In this document: positions 36,805 to 46,428 of the stretch, one piece after another
Layout of the letters: the number at the start of each line of letters is the position of its first letter
How positions within the stretch are numbered: the stretch's first letter is position 1
Origin: Planctomycetota bacterium
GTDB lineage: Bacteria > Planctomycetota > UBA8108 > SXIK01
Direction of reading: 5' to 3'
NCBI GenBank assembly: GCA_965223845.1
Contig: CBDCXR010000004.1
Location: 2,048,001 to 2,112,000, forward strand
Length of the DNA stretch: 64,000 bases
Notes under the pieces: model-generated
What the model was told of the DNA's origin: nothing
Seen by the model: the letters and a program-made list of their open reading frames with translations, nothing else
Database searches by the model: none
Position numbers and translations under genes: made by a program

Positions 36805-38604
36805 ATGAGAATCAAACTCTTTGCCATCGCTGCGGTGCTCGCGTTCTCCGCGGCGGAGCTTCGGGCTCAAGGCTTCGTGCTGCTGACGGGCGACGACGCC
36901 GACGATTTCGGGCACTGCTCCGGAGTGGGCGGCTGCGGAGGCCTCTTCCCTAACGCCATCGCGGATGCCGTAGGGAACAGCGGCAACGGCGGCGCGCCGA
37001 CGGACATCATCGCCGTCGGAGTCAACAGCAGTTCCGCGCTGAACAACCTCAATGCCTGGTCGAACGGTGGCGCGGGGAGTGCGGCTTCGATCCTGGGTGC
37101 CGCGGTCACGATCACCCACGCCCGGACGGTAGCGGAGATCGCAGCGATCAACTTCGCGAACTACAAGCTGCTCTACGTTCCGTCGAACTCGATCAATACG
37201 GGCGGCGGTATCAACAATACGCAGCTCGCGGCGCTCAACGGGCGTGCAGCGGACATCGCGAACTTTGTGAACAACCTGAATGGCAGTTTGATCGCGCTCA
37301 CTGAAGCCGGATCCGTCGGTGCTTGGGGTTGGCTTCCGCTCCCGCTCACGACGGCGAACGCCTCGTTCACCGGCGCTGCGGTTACCGCGGACATGGCCGC
37401 GATCTCGCCGGGAACGACGAGCGCGAACTTGAGCCACTGCTGTTTCCACAACGTATTCACCGGCCCCCTCCTCGTTGACGGCACTTACGCTGGACTCCGC
37501 GTCCTCGCCACCGCGACGAACGCGCCCGGCAACCTGAACGGTCGCCCCGTCTACCTCGGAAGTCGCCAGACCATCATCCGGACGGAAGACTGTTCCGACG
37601 GCCGAGACAACGACAACGATGGTCTCATCGACAACGACGACCCGGACTGTCAGGTCTGCGGTGACGGTGACATCGACCCAGGCGAAGACTGCGACGACGG
37701 GAACAACGTCGACGGCGACGGTTGCGACCGCGATTGCAACAGCGAGGCGCCGTCCGACTCGGATCCGCCGACCTGCGCGATCACGGGTTTCTCGGCCGGA
37801 CCGCCGACCCAGGTCCAGGCCACCGTCCAGGACACCGGAAGCGGAATCGACACCATCCAGGTACTCGTTCTCGAGAACGCGGTCGCCTCGTGGACCCAGA
37901 GTCCCGCGCAGACGACGCCGATCGTCATCACAGCGACGAAGATCGATCAGTCGAAGCGGGCTCGCATCCTCTTCCGCGTGACCGACGTCGCGGGCAACTT
38001 CGTAGACTGTGATCCGTACATCGTCAACCTCGACGTCCCGGCGGGCGAAACCTATGAGGAAGTCCTCGACGACGTCCCCGACTTCGAGGGTTGGATCACG
38101 ATCTACAACAAGGTCCCCGGTTTCCAAAGCCTCGAGTTCGACGTGAACGGGGATGTCTACAACATCGACGGACTCGCCTCCTACGAGACGCACTCGTTCC
38201 AGGTTTTCGACTCCCTGTATCCGGGGAACGAGAACGTGATCAAAATCCGCAGCGCGGACGGTCTCGGCGGAGTCGGCACGGTGTTCATCGCCGAGACGCC
38301 GGGAGCCTTACCGAGTGACTCGCTCGGGCTCTTCGAGCGCGGCGACACGAACGTCGACGGGACGATGGATCTCTCGGATCCGGTCTCGACGCTGAACTAT
38401 CTCTTCAGCGGCACGGCGACCCTCCTCTGCGAGGACGCGGCGGACGCGAACGACGATGGCTTCGTCGATCTCTCCGACGCGATCCACTCGCTCAACTTCC
38501 TCTACACCGGTGTGACGGACACGCTGCCGCAGCCCTACGGTGCATGCGGCGTCGACGGAACGTCGGACACGCTCACCTGCAGCTCGTATCCCGAGTGCCT
38601 GTGA
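36805..38604 (+). CDS. Secreted protein: Asn/Gly/Ala-rich N-terminal domain, Cys-rich (myxococcal/DUF4215-like) repeat, beta domains and C-terminal dockerin-like module
   Basis: GGGAG RBS, signal peptide MRIKLFAIAAVLAFSAAELRA, EDCSDGRDNDNDGLID.DDPDC, CGDG.IDPGEDCDDGN..DGDGC..DC, FERGDTNVDGTMDLSD...CEDAADANDDG. Confidence 0.85.
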   Translation: MRIKLFAIAAVLAFSAAELRAQGFVLLTGDDADDFGHCSGVGGCGGLFPNAIADAVGNSGNGGAPTDIIAVGVNSSSALNNLNAWSNGGAGSAASILGAAVTITHARTVAEIAAINFANYKLLYVPSNSINTGGGINNTQLAALNGRAADIANFVNNLNGSLIALTEAGSVGAWGWLPLPLTTANASFTGAAVTADMAAISPGTTSANLSHCCFHNVFTGPLLVDGTYAGLRVLATATNAPGNLNGRPVYLGSRQTIIRTEDCSDGRDNDNDGLIDNDDPDCQVCGDGDIDPGEDCDDGNNVDGDGCDRDCNSEAPSDSDPPTCAITGFSAGPPTQVQATVQDTGSGIDTIQVLVLENAVASWTQSPAQTTPIVITATKIDQSKRARILFRVTDVAGNFVDCDPYIVNLDVPAGETYEEVLDDVPDFEGWITIYNKVPGFQSLEFDVNGDVYNIDGLASYETHSFQVFDSLYPGNENVIKIRSADGLGGVGTVFIAETPGALPSDSLGLFERGDTNVDGTMDLSDPVSTLNYLFSGTATLLCEDAADANDDGFVDLSDAIHSLNFLYTGVTDTLPQPYGACGVDGTSDTLTCSSYPECL

Positions 38605-38640
38605 GCTAGAACCTCGGGCTAAGCGCCTGAGTTCTCCCAA

Positions 38641-38682
38641 AAGGCCGGAGCTTCCTCTCACCGAGGAGGCTCCGGCCTTTCT
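38641..38682. terminator. Terminator hairpin between convergent genes
   Basis: AAGGCCGGAGCTTCCTC-tcacc-GAGGAGGCTCCGGCCTT-TCT. Confidence 0.8.
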
Positions 38683-38767
38683 CGTGACGGTTAGACCGCG
38701 CCCACTCCTCTCTCACCACTCCTCTCTCTCTTCCCTTCGTGCCCTTCGTGGTGAAACCTTCTTCCGT

Positions 38768-39631
38768 CTACCGCCGCGAACCCCGGTAGTACCAATACAG
38801 CAAGTGAACCATCCCGTACGACAGAATGTGCCAAAGCGCGTGCCCCTGAAACGCCGCCTCCGGATCGCACCACGGCCCGCCGGTCTTCGAGAGCTCCCGT
38901 GAAATCATCGCGAAGATGAAGAGCGCGAGCCCGAGCCAGAAGGCGACGACGCCCCACACCGTCGAGCCCGTCGTATCCGTTCGCGCCGCGGCGGACGAGC
39001 TCGAGAAGAGCTTGGCCACCGGAGTTCTGAGCATGAAGTAGAGCTCGATCGCACCGCCGGTTCCGGCCCCGATCGGGACGAGGATCTCGCTGTTCACGCC
39101 GAGCGAGTGGAGGGTCGCGAAGAGCGCGGTGAACGTAGGATAGGCAAAGCCGAAGACCCACGGCGACGCAGCATTGTTGATCAGTCTCGCGACGCCGTAA
39201 CACATGACGAAGGACGAGAGGAGGTACATCGACAGGCCGTCGATGTTTCCGCCCCACGCCGTCATGGACGCGTGGTAGAACATGCTCCCCGGTCCCATGA
39301 AGGTGAGGATGAGACAGAGGACCAGCGGATAGACGGTGTCGCTCTTCATCCGCCCGGGGCCGTTCAGGCGACCGCACCTCCGATCGAGGCCGATCGCGAG
39401 CGCCATGCCGGCCGCGAGGATGAGCGACGACAGATTCGACCAGGTATTCGACGGCTGGAGGACACCCGGTTCGCCGATATCGTTCGGATCGAACCTCTCG
39501 CAGTAACAATCGTCGAGATCGACGCAGTCGTTCGCCTCTCCCGGCCACCCGAAGATGACGAAGCCCATGAACACGGTCATGGCGACGCCCCCGAAGATGA
39601 GGCTGATCCACAGCTCCCGAAAGTTCCCCAT
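38768..39631 (-). CDS. Ceramidase-like (CREST superfamily) multi-pass membrane hydrolase
   Basis: YCE, NTWSN, GSMFYHAS (SxxxH), DGLSM, HALWH (HxxWH) and about 7 TM helices. AGGAGG RBS. Confidence 0.85.
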   Translation of the reverse strand: MGNFRELWISLIFGGVAMTVFMGFVIFGWPGEANDCVDLDDCYCERFDPNDIGEPGVLQPSNTWSNLSSLILAAGMALAIGLDRRCGRLNGPGRMKSDTVYPLVLCLILTFMGPGSMFYHASMTAWGGNIDGLSMYLLSSFVMCYGVARLINNAASPWVFGFAYPTFTALFATLHSLGVNSEILVPIGAGTGGAIELYFMLRTPVAKLFSSSSAAARTDTTGSTVWGVVAFWLGLALFIFAMISRELSKTGGPWCDPEAAFQGHALWHILSYGMVHLLYWYYRGSRR

Positions 39632-39743
39632 CGTTATGCCTCCTGAGTTCGTGCGAAGCCGGACAGCTTGGCGTCAGCGCGTTCGCGTCCGCTCACTTTC
39701 GTTCACTCGGTCTGTTCACCTGGCCCCGGATCGACCCGAATCG

Positions 39744-40562
39744 TCACCCCGCAACGACCGCGATGATCCCCTTCACGACGGCGATGATCGCGCCGATGAG
39801 AAGAATGATTGCCCAGATGAGGGCGAGGATTCCGACGATGATCGCTCCGAGCGCGTCCGTGATGCTCACGAGAAAGATCGGCACGAATCCGTGCAGAAAG
39901 CTGAGGAGAATCACGCCGAGAAACCCGGTCAGAATCAGGAGCACGAGCGTCGGGATGCGGAGATTCCTCTGGTGTGCGAGCACGAGAAAGATCACGAAGG
40001 CGATTCGGAGGATCATGCTCGCCGTGAGGGTCGCGGTCGCTCCTCCGCGATCGAAGAAGCCGTAGATGCAGAAGTACGCGATCGTTCCGAACGGCGCGGA
40101 GAGGAAGAGCCCGACCATGAGTAGGAGGAGCGCCAGCACGGCGAAGATGAGGACGATCGATCCGATCAGGATCCCGAGCGACACGAGCAGCGTGACGATG
40201 CCCTGAACCAGCGGGATCACGGCCCGCGAGCGAGCGTCGGCGCGAAGCGTGAGCTTCGACGTGATCTGAGACACCGCCTGGACGATGAGCAGATAGAGAA
40301 GCAGCCCATCGATGAGCGCAAGGGACGGAATTCCGAACCCCGGTGGCTCCTCGCCCTCGGCAAGCTTGTTGGCGTCGGCCTTCACTTCCTCCGGATCGTC
40401 GACGTCGTGCTCGCGGAGCTGCTCGTCGATCAGCCCTCCGATCCCCGCGCCCTCAACGAGACCGCCGCCGAGCCAGATCGGCGCACCGAGGTCGACGAAG
40501 AGGACGAACACCGCGAGAATGATCGCCACGATGAAAAACGGCGTTCTCTGTCCAGCGAACAT
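39744..40562 (-). CDS. Multi-pass membrane protein, CIS-operon associated
   Basis: About 6 hydrophobic helices, 'PPGFGIPSLALIDG' and 'APFGTIAY...YGFF'. GAGG before ATG 40562. Confidence 0.8.
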   Translation of the reverse strand: MFAGQRTPFFIVAIILAVFVLFVDLGAPIWLGGGLVEGAGIGGLIDEQLREHDVDDPEEVKADANKLAEGEEPPGFGIPSLALIDGLLLYLLIVQAVSQITSKLTLRADARSRAVIPLVQGIVTLLVSLGILIGSIVLIFAVLALLLLMVGLFLSAPFGTIAYFCIYGFFDRGGATATLTASMILRIAFVIFLVLAHQRNLRIPTLVLLILTGFLGVILLSFLHGFVPIFLVSITDALGAIIVGILALIWAIILLIGAIIAVVKGIIAVVAG

Positions 40563-40573
40563 CGACGCGTCCT

Positions 40574-41059
40574 CTAGTCCTCGATCCCCATGGACAGTAC
40601 GCACTCCTTCGGGGAGCCGACCCCACGGAGGCACTCGAGCTCGAGGAAGCCACCCCGCTCGAGCGCCTGGAGCTCGAGCGGGGCGTCTCCGCCGCGAATC
40701 GTGTCGGTAAACGGCATCGCCCGGTCCCCTCGCCGCGGCCGGTAGTCGATCTTGAGCTCAGCGCCGTTCGGCACGGTCAGTTTCGCGATGCGCGTCTTCT
40801 CATCGCTAATGGCGATCGAAACACTCACCGAGCTTCCCTCGCGGACCGTGATCTTGCCGGCACGGAGTGCGCTCGCGGGACGGACGGTGAGCTCCTCTGC
40901 GGTGATCGCCGGCGAGAGAGCGCCGGCGAACCCACGGAGGGTCTCCTTCCACTCGTCGATGGAGCTCGAGTCCAGCTCGACGTCACCGGAATCTCCGCCG
41001 AAAACGCCGAACGCGAATACGATCGCGAGCACAATCAGGATGACGATGACGAGTTTCAC
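40574..41059 (-). CDS. Small N-terminally anchored protein, CIS-operon associated
   Basis: GTG start overlaps the upstream stop. N-terminal TM helix and a beta-rich domain with two C-terminal Cys. Confidence 0.75.
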   Translation of the reverse strand: MKLVIVILIVLAIVFAFGVFGGDSGDVELDSSSIDEWKETLRGFAGALSPAITAEELTVRPASALRAGKITVREGSSVSVSIAISDEKTRIAKLTVPNGAELKIDYRPRRGDRAMPFTDTIRGGDAPLELQALERGGFLELECLRGVGSPKECVLSMGIED

Positions 41060-42390
41060 TACTGTCCGATTCTCCGGATCGCGCCGGGATCGATCCGCAT
41101 CTCGAGTTTTTCGCGAAGCTGGGGGTTCGCCTTGATGACTTCGCTCCAGATAACGGGACGAACCGACACCTTCTGCGTCGACACGGTGAGATTGACTTTC
41201 GCGCCGGGAAGAACGCGGGACCTCGCGCGCGGGATCTGATTGAGGACCGTATTCTCCGCGAGCGACTTGTTGTGCTTCTTCGAAACTGTACCGACGGCGA
41301 GACCGACGCGCTGAAGCTGAACGACCGCATCGGCGAGTGATTTCCTACCCAGGTTGGGCATCTGATTGAACACGGTCGCCACGAACGGGCGCGACTTCGC
41401 CGTCGTTCCCGCCGCGTTCCCTACCGTAAGCACGATGTTGAACTTGCCGGCCTTCTTATAGGTGTGCGACACCGAAGCCCCGCTCTTTGGTCCGCTGCCG
41501 TCGCCGAAATCCCACACCCACGAAGTGGGATCACCCTTCGACGTATCGTTGACCGTAATTCCCCAGTTCCCGGGATTGAGATGGCCGCCCCGCGGCACCG
41601 CCGTGAAGGTCGCGGCCAGCGTCTCGGCCGGCGGAGGTTCGACCGCGGGAGCGGTCACCACGATCTCCTTCGTCGCGTCGTTCGTGTCGTCACCGCGGAC
41701 GATCTCGAGCGTCACCGCGTAGGTGCCGGCTTCCGTGAACTCGAACTCCGCGGTTTCTCCCTCGGCGGTGTTCAGTCCGGCGAAGTTCCAGTGCCACTCC
41801 TCCGGCCCGCCGACCGAGTTGTCGGTGAACTTCACCGTGTGTGGCGCGACGCGCTCGCCCTCCGCGGGCTCCATCGTGAAGTCCGCCTCGAGCGGATCGC
41901 CGGAGCAGGTCGCGATTCCGATGATGAGACCGATGACACCGAGGAGGAGGATCACCCCGAGCAGGATCCACGGCCAGATCTTCGGCTTCGGCTTCGGATC
42001 ATCGTCTTCGATGACCGGAACGACCGGAGCTTCGATCGCAAACCGGCACGGCGCACTCTGCCCGGAGTCGTTGTCCGGATCGACCGTCGATGCGACGACG
42101 AGGCGGTACGTGTAATCGCCCGCCGGGGCCTCGGCCGGCGCCGCGAGGAGCACGGTGAACTGCTCGTTTCCATCGACGTCGAACGTGCGAACGTCCTCGC
42201 CTTCGCTCGTCCCTTGAATGCTGAGCCAGCCCGGCTCAGCCGGAGCGTCGATGTCGAGCGACGCCCGCGCGCGGATCTCTCGCCCCGAGACGTTCGTCAC
42301 CGAAAAGGTGCGCTCGCCGCGCCGCTCGTCCCCGGAGAGAGTGACGACCTCGTCGGCCGCCGGGCGGATATCAAAAACGGACATGTTCAC
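41059..42390 (-). CDS. Bitopic membrane protein: N-terminal Ig-like (COG1470-like) domain, TM helix, 2x PKD, PASTA
   Basis: GGAGG RBS. 'FSVTN...GWLSI...P..APAGDY.YRL', TM IWPWILLGVILLLGVIGLIIG, PKD motifs (VKFTDNS...WHWNF, SWVWDFGDG...HTY.KAG), PASTA (MPNLGRKSLADA...GL.VG...VLNQ.P...VNLTVS). Confidence 0.85.
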   Translation of the reverse strand: MNMSVFDIRPAADEVVTLSGDERRGERTFSVTNVSGREIRARASLDIDAPAEPGWLSIQGTSEGEDVRTFDVDGNEQFTVLLAAPAEAPAGDYTYRLVVASTVDPDNDSGQSAPCRFAIEAPVVPVIEDDDPKPKPKIWPWILLGVILLLGVIGLIIGIATCSGDPLEADFTMEPAEGERVAPHTVKFTDNSVGGPEEWHWNFAGLNTAEGETAEFEFTEAGTYAVTLEIVRGDDTNDATKEIVVTAPAVEPPPAETLAATFTAVPRGGHLNPGNWGITVNDTSKGDPTSWVWDFGDGSGPKSGASVSHTYKKAGKFNIVLTVGNAAGTTAKSRPFVATVFNQMPNLGRKSLADAVVQLQRVGLAVGTVSKKHNKSLAENTVLNQIPRARSRVLPGAKVNLTVSTQKVSVRPVIWSEVIKANPQLREKLEMRIDPGAIRRIGQ

Positions 42391-42439
42391 TACCTCCGTT
42401 GCGTGGACGGGTCACTCGCGGCGGGAGCTCGCCGGTGAC

Positions 42440-42955
42440 TCACGTCCCTTGGGTGAATTCGTACGTGACGTAGGCCGGCTTCTCGCGGGCGATGACGCGC
42501 TCGATGAGAGGAAGAAACGCTCTCGCCTCCACGGGAACATCGACCTCGAAGTGAAACGACTTCTTCCCACTCCGCACCTCGAAGCCGGGGACGCCCGTGA
42601 GCGTCGCGAGGAATTCCGCGAGCCCGCGCTTCGTCCCGCGCCATTTACTCAAGCTTGCGCTCCTCGCGATCAATTCTCGAAGATGGCCGAGCCCCGGAGC
42701 CGCCACCGCGCCGAGAGACGGTTCCGATCCGACCGGCGAGAGGACGCGCTGGAGATCGAGCCAATGGGTGAGATAGAGGAGAAAGGCCGGCGGCGCCCGC
42801 CGAGCGTCGAAGTACTCGTCGAAGTTCTCGAGCGCACGTTCGGGATTCGCGTGAAGCGCCTCCATCGCCGCGAGGACGCCGCTCAAGACATTGCCGTCGC
42901 GAACGGAACGCTGAAAGATGCCCGGGAGCAAGCGCCGGATGTCATCAGTCTTCAC
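42440..42955 (-). CDS. CIS baseplate protein (P2 gpI / phage tail protein I-like)
   Basis: LLPGIFQ, FDARRAP..FL.YL..W, WRGT..GL..FL, EKPAYV.Y. Confidence 0.88.
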   Translation of the reverse strand: MKTDDIRRLLPGIFQRSVRDGNVLSGVLAAMEALHANPERALENFDEYFDARRAPPAFLLYLTHWLDLQRVLSPVGSEPSLGAVAAPGLGHLRELIARSASLSKWRGTKRGLAEFLATLTGVPGFEVRSGKKSFHFEVDVPVEARAFLPLIERVIAREKPAYVTYEFTQGT

Positions 42956-45608
42956 GCGCGGTCTCCTCGTCGTCGCTCACGACATCGATGCGATGCTCTC
43001 CCGAGCAGAAGAGCCACGTCGGAGGTACGGCCACGCGCTGGCTGAACGAGCGCCCGGAGCAGTTCTCGTACGGAGGCTCGTCCGTCGGTTCATCCGTGCG
43101 CTCAGCGCTCTCGCCCGCTCGAGAAAGCTCGATGACACGGCGGCGGATCCCCTCCTCGCCGCCCCCGAGGGCGACGCGTCCGGTCGGATCGACCGCGAGC
43201 GCCCGCACGGGAAAGAACCGACCGGAATCGCGGAGCGGAAGTCCGCACGAGACGTGCGGGGTCGTCCATGCGGCGCCGTCGACTCCGAGGTCGAGCTCGG
43301 CGATCCCGCCGCGAAACGTTCCGGCGAGGACGCGCTTTCCGTCGTCCACGATCGCGAGCTCGTAACAACTTCCGGCGTTCCAGTCGCGACCGACGAGCTC
43401 GAACTTCTCGTCAGAGGCCGCGATGCTCCGGATCTCACGGCGAAAGCAACCTTCGCCTTTGTCCGCGCCAGATTTCGCGAACGCCGCGGCCCAGAGAAAC
43501 GCGCGCCCGCCCACCGGCTGGACGAGGAGCGAGTGAATGTTTTTTCCCCGAAGTCCGAAGTACTCGAAACTTTCGCCCCCGTTCTCGGAGAGATGAACTC
43601 CGCCGAGATTCTCTGCCGCGACGGCGATCCAATCCGTTCCCTTCGCGTCGCGCCAAACGCGGACCGCCCACATCCCGAGATCCGGATCGGACGGGAGTGC
43701 GATCACCGGCCGCGGCGTCACCGGTCCGCGCCGCCAGTCGTCCTCGAAGACGATCTCCTGCAGTCCCTTACTGGTTGCAAGGAGGAGGCGCGGGAGGCTT
43801 CCTCGCGATGTCCACGCGAGATCGTTCACTCGGTGCCCGAGCTGCGACACCCGGTCCCAGCTTTCGCCGCAGTTCTCCGACACGTAGACGGCCGAGCGTT
43901 CACCTTTCCGCTCCGTGGCGACCGCGACGATCCCCGCTTCCTCGGGGTGGACCGCGACGTGTGCGACTTCTTCGTCGGCGAATCGTCCCGCCGGTTCCCA
44001 GCCCTCGCCGTCGTTCATGGAGCGAAAGAGGATCGGTCCGCTTCCGGCGAACCACGTCCGCGACTGAAACTCGTCCGCGACGATGCAGCTCACGTCTTCG
44101 CTCGGCGCTTCGTCGACGTGGAGGGAGATCTCCTCGACCCGCAAGACTCGAGCGTCGCTCAGAACGAGGTCGTAGATGCGCGAGACGTGGAGCGGCGTAC
44201 CGAACCGCCAGCCCTGGTAGCCCTCGCTCGGGAACGGATTGATCGCGGCGTGAAGCCGTTCGAGAACACGCTCCTCGACCGCGCGGCGATCCGCCTCGCG
44301 GTGCGCGACGACGCGCGCCCGAACGCTCACTTTCTTGTAACGAGCCCAGTCGACGGAACAGACGGTTCCGAGCGGGCTCCGGCGGTCGAGATCACGCGCA
44401 ACCGCCTGCAGGGTGCTCTCCTTCTTCACGCCTTCGACATCTTCGACGCTCACTCTTCGCGCGGCGTCGTCATCGCCGATTGTCGGCACGATGAGCACTT
44501 TCACCGCGCCGAGCCGCCCGTGTCGCCAGACATCGGATTCCGCGTAGGCCTTCGCCCGTGCGACTTCACCCGAGAGGCGCTTCGCAAGGAGTTCGTAGTC
44601 GTCCGCGGTGACGGCGCGCTCGAGGCTCCGCAGTTCCTGTGGTCCGCGGACGAGCGCGTTCTCGAGGCTTTCGGGAGCCCGACCGCCGGTGCCCCGATCG
44701 ACGTTCGTCACCTTCACGCCGGGGATCTGATCCTTGAGCGCGGTCAGAGTCCCTTCGGCGACGTTGCCGTCGACGCCGCCGCCGCAGCGATACCACACGC
44801 GAATCTCGCGACCGGATTTCGGGACCTCCGCGAGCGCGACCGGACGCGCCGCCTCGCCCCCGTCGTGGCCGTCGACGCGATCGACGGCGGGTGCGAACAC
44901 GATCCGTCCGTCGACGCGATGCGCCACAAAGACGTGCCGCTCGTCTCCGAGCTCTGCGAAGTGACCCTCCTCGCGTTCCCGCCAGATACGAAACAGCTTC
45001 TCGCCGTAGCGGATCGCGGGGACGCGTTCGTCGTCCGCCTCTTGCGGATCCATCTCGACCGCGACGGTCAGGTCGAAATCCGATCCCGTCGGAGCGACAA
45101 TCGGCGGACGCGTGACCTCGAAGGTGAGTCCGGGCTCTCCCGTCGCAATCCCGAGAAGCTCTCCACGAACGAGCTCGCAGTGGTGCGCGACGACTTCGAC
45201 GGAGGCCGCCCCCGGCTCGATCGCGGCTTCGTCCGCGGTCGTAAAGATCGGCGCGGGACGATCCCCGCTCGCGCGCGCGACCGTCACTCGTGTTCCGAGC
45301 GGAATCTCGATCCGCCGGTCCGTTTTGCCGCCGGACCGCGAGAATACGAGCCGCGCCGTCGCGGCCGTCGGCGCCTGAAGCTGGACGCCGATGAGCCGGA
45401 GGAACTCGACGTAGGCCTTCTCGGGAATCCGATTCAGCCGATAGATCATCACATCCGTCAAGTACGCGAAAGCCTCGAGCAGAATTCGACCCGGGTCACC
45501 GGCGGACTGATCGTTCCAACTGGGACAGGCGCGCTTCATCTCACGGAGCGCGTCGGCGACGAGGTCGTCGTAGGTGCGGTCGTCAAGGTTCGGCGACGGA
45601 AGCGACAT
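42945..45608 (-). CDS. CIS baseplate J-like protein (Afp11/Pvc11-like) with C-terminal beta-propeller extension
   Basis: MSLPSPNLDDRTYDDLV...W.D.S.GDPG..LLEAFA, GG..GNV, RAVTADDYE. BNR-like repeats RSMNDGEGWE, VSENCGESWD, LSENGGESFE. Ends L.CSGEH. Confidence 0.92.
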   Translation of the reverse strand: MSLPSPNLDDRTYDDLVADALREMKRACPSWNDQSAGDPGRILLEAFAYLTDVMIYRLNRIPEKAYVEFLRLIGVQLQAPTAATARLVFSRSGGKTDRRIEIPLGTRVTVARASGDRPAPIFTTADEAAIEPGAASVEVVAHHCELVRGELLGIATGEPGLTFEVTRPPIVAPTGSDFDLTVAVEMDPQEADDERVPAIRYGEKLFRIWREREEGHFAELGDERHVFVAHRVDGRIVFAPAVDRVDGHDGGEAARPVALAEVPKSGREIRVWYRCGGGVDGNVAEGTLTALKDQIPGVKVTNVDRGTGGRAPESLENALVRGPQELRSLERAVTADDYELLAKRLSGEVARAKAYAESDVWRHGRLGAVKVLIVPTIGDDDAARRVSVEDVEGVKKESTLQAVARDLDRRSPLGTVCSVDWARYKKVSVRARVVAHREADRRAVEERVLERLHAAINPFPSEGYQGWRFGTPLHVSRIYDLVLSDARVLRVEEISLHVDEAPSEDVSCIVADEFQSRTWFAGSGPILFRSMNDGEGWEPAGRFADEEVAHVAVHPEEAGIVAVATERKGERSAVYVSENCGESWDRVSQLGHRVNDLAWTSRGSLPRLLLATSKGLQEIVFEDDWRRGPVTPRPVIALPSDPDLGMWAVRVWRDAKGTDWIAVAAENLGGVHLSENGGESFEYFGLRGKNIHSLLVQPVGGRAFLWAAAFAKSGADKGEGCFRREIRSIAASDEKFELVGRDWNAGSCYELAIVDDGKRVLAGTFRGGIAELDLGVDGAAWTTPHVSCGLPLRDSGRFFPVRALAVDPTGRVALGGGEEGIRRRVIELSRAGESAERTDEPTDEPPYENCSGRSFSQRVAVPPTWLFCSGEHRIDVVSDDEETARED

Positions 45609-46072
45609 CAGGATTCTCCGCCGAGATGGAGCGGAAGGAGGATGCGATCGCGCTCACGCGACGGACGCACGCGATACTCGAGTTCGACATCGAGGCGTTC
45701 CGGAATCTCCGGGTGCGGCGCGGCGTCGACGCGGAGGACCTCCGCCCGCGGCTCCCAGCGCTCGACCGCGCTTCGGACATAGTGGATCGCGAGGCCGGCG
45801 GTCGTCGCATCGTTCGGCGAAAACACGAGACGTCGGAGATCACACCCGTACTCGGGCCGCATCACGCGCTCTCCAGGATTCGTGGTGAGGAGAATGAGGA
45901 GCGCCTGACGCACCGACGCCGCTTCGCTCACCATCGCAATTCCGCCGGTCGGTGAGAGGACGGCGCCGACGACCGGACGCTCGCGCTCGGTGCCGTCCAC
46001 GACCGAAGTCGCACCGTCCGACACGATCATCGGATGCTCGAATCGCCAAGCTCGGTAGCGGGCCTCCGGCAT
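45608..46072 (-). CDS. GPW/gp25 family baseplate protein (Afp9/Pvc9-like)
   Basis: SVRQAL.ILL.T.PGERVMRPEYGC.L...WEPR. Confidence 0.93.
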   Translation of the reverse strand: MPEARYRAWRFEHPMIVSDGATSVVDGTERERPVVGAVLSPTGGIAMVSEAASVRQALLILLTTNPGERVMRPEYGCDLRRLVFSPNDATTAGLAIHYVRSAVERWEPRAEVLRVDAAPHPEIPERLDVELEYRVRPSRERDRILLPLHLGGES

Positions 46073-46414
46073 TCAGCGTTCTCCCACGTAGCTTTGTCCC
46101 GGACTGAGGACGTTGTATTTCACCGTTCCGGGAGGGGTTCCGTTCGTTAACCCGGACGTCCCGACGAGACAAACGCGCTTTCCCTCGATGCGAATGAATC
46201 TCGAGTACGAGACCGATTCCGTCACCGTGACCGTGTTCGTGCACGGCTTGATGCCGACGCCGACGTTCGGGCACCCGCTGATCCCGACCCCGAGCGAATA
46301 CGGCTCGACGAGCACTCGATCACCGTCGATCTTGACGAGCTCTTGATGCGCCTGGATCTCGACGCCGCCTCCGTGCGCGCAGCTGAGCCGTGCCTTCTCG
46401 GTCAGGAATTCCAC
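46073..46414 (-). CDS. PAAR-like spike-tip protein (DUF4280 / Afp10-like)
   Basis: A.LSCAHGG, ISGCP, KPC...V...S..IRI.G, PGQ..V. Located between the spike and gp25 genes. Confidence 0.8.
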   Translation of the reverse strand: MEFLTEKARLSCAHGGGVEIQAHQELVKIDGDRVLVEPYSLGVGISGCPNVGVGIKPCTNTVTVTESVSYSRFIRIEGKRVCLVGTSGLTNGTPPGTVKYNVLSPGQSYVGER

Positions 46415-46428
46415 TCGTCGGCCTCCTC

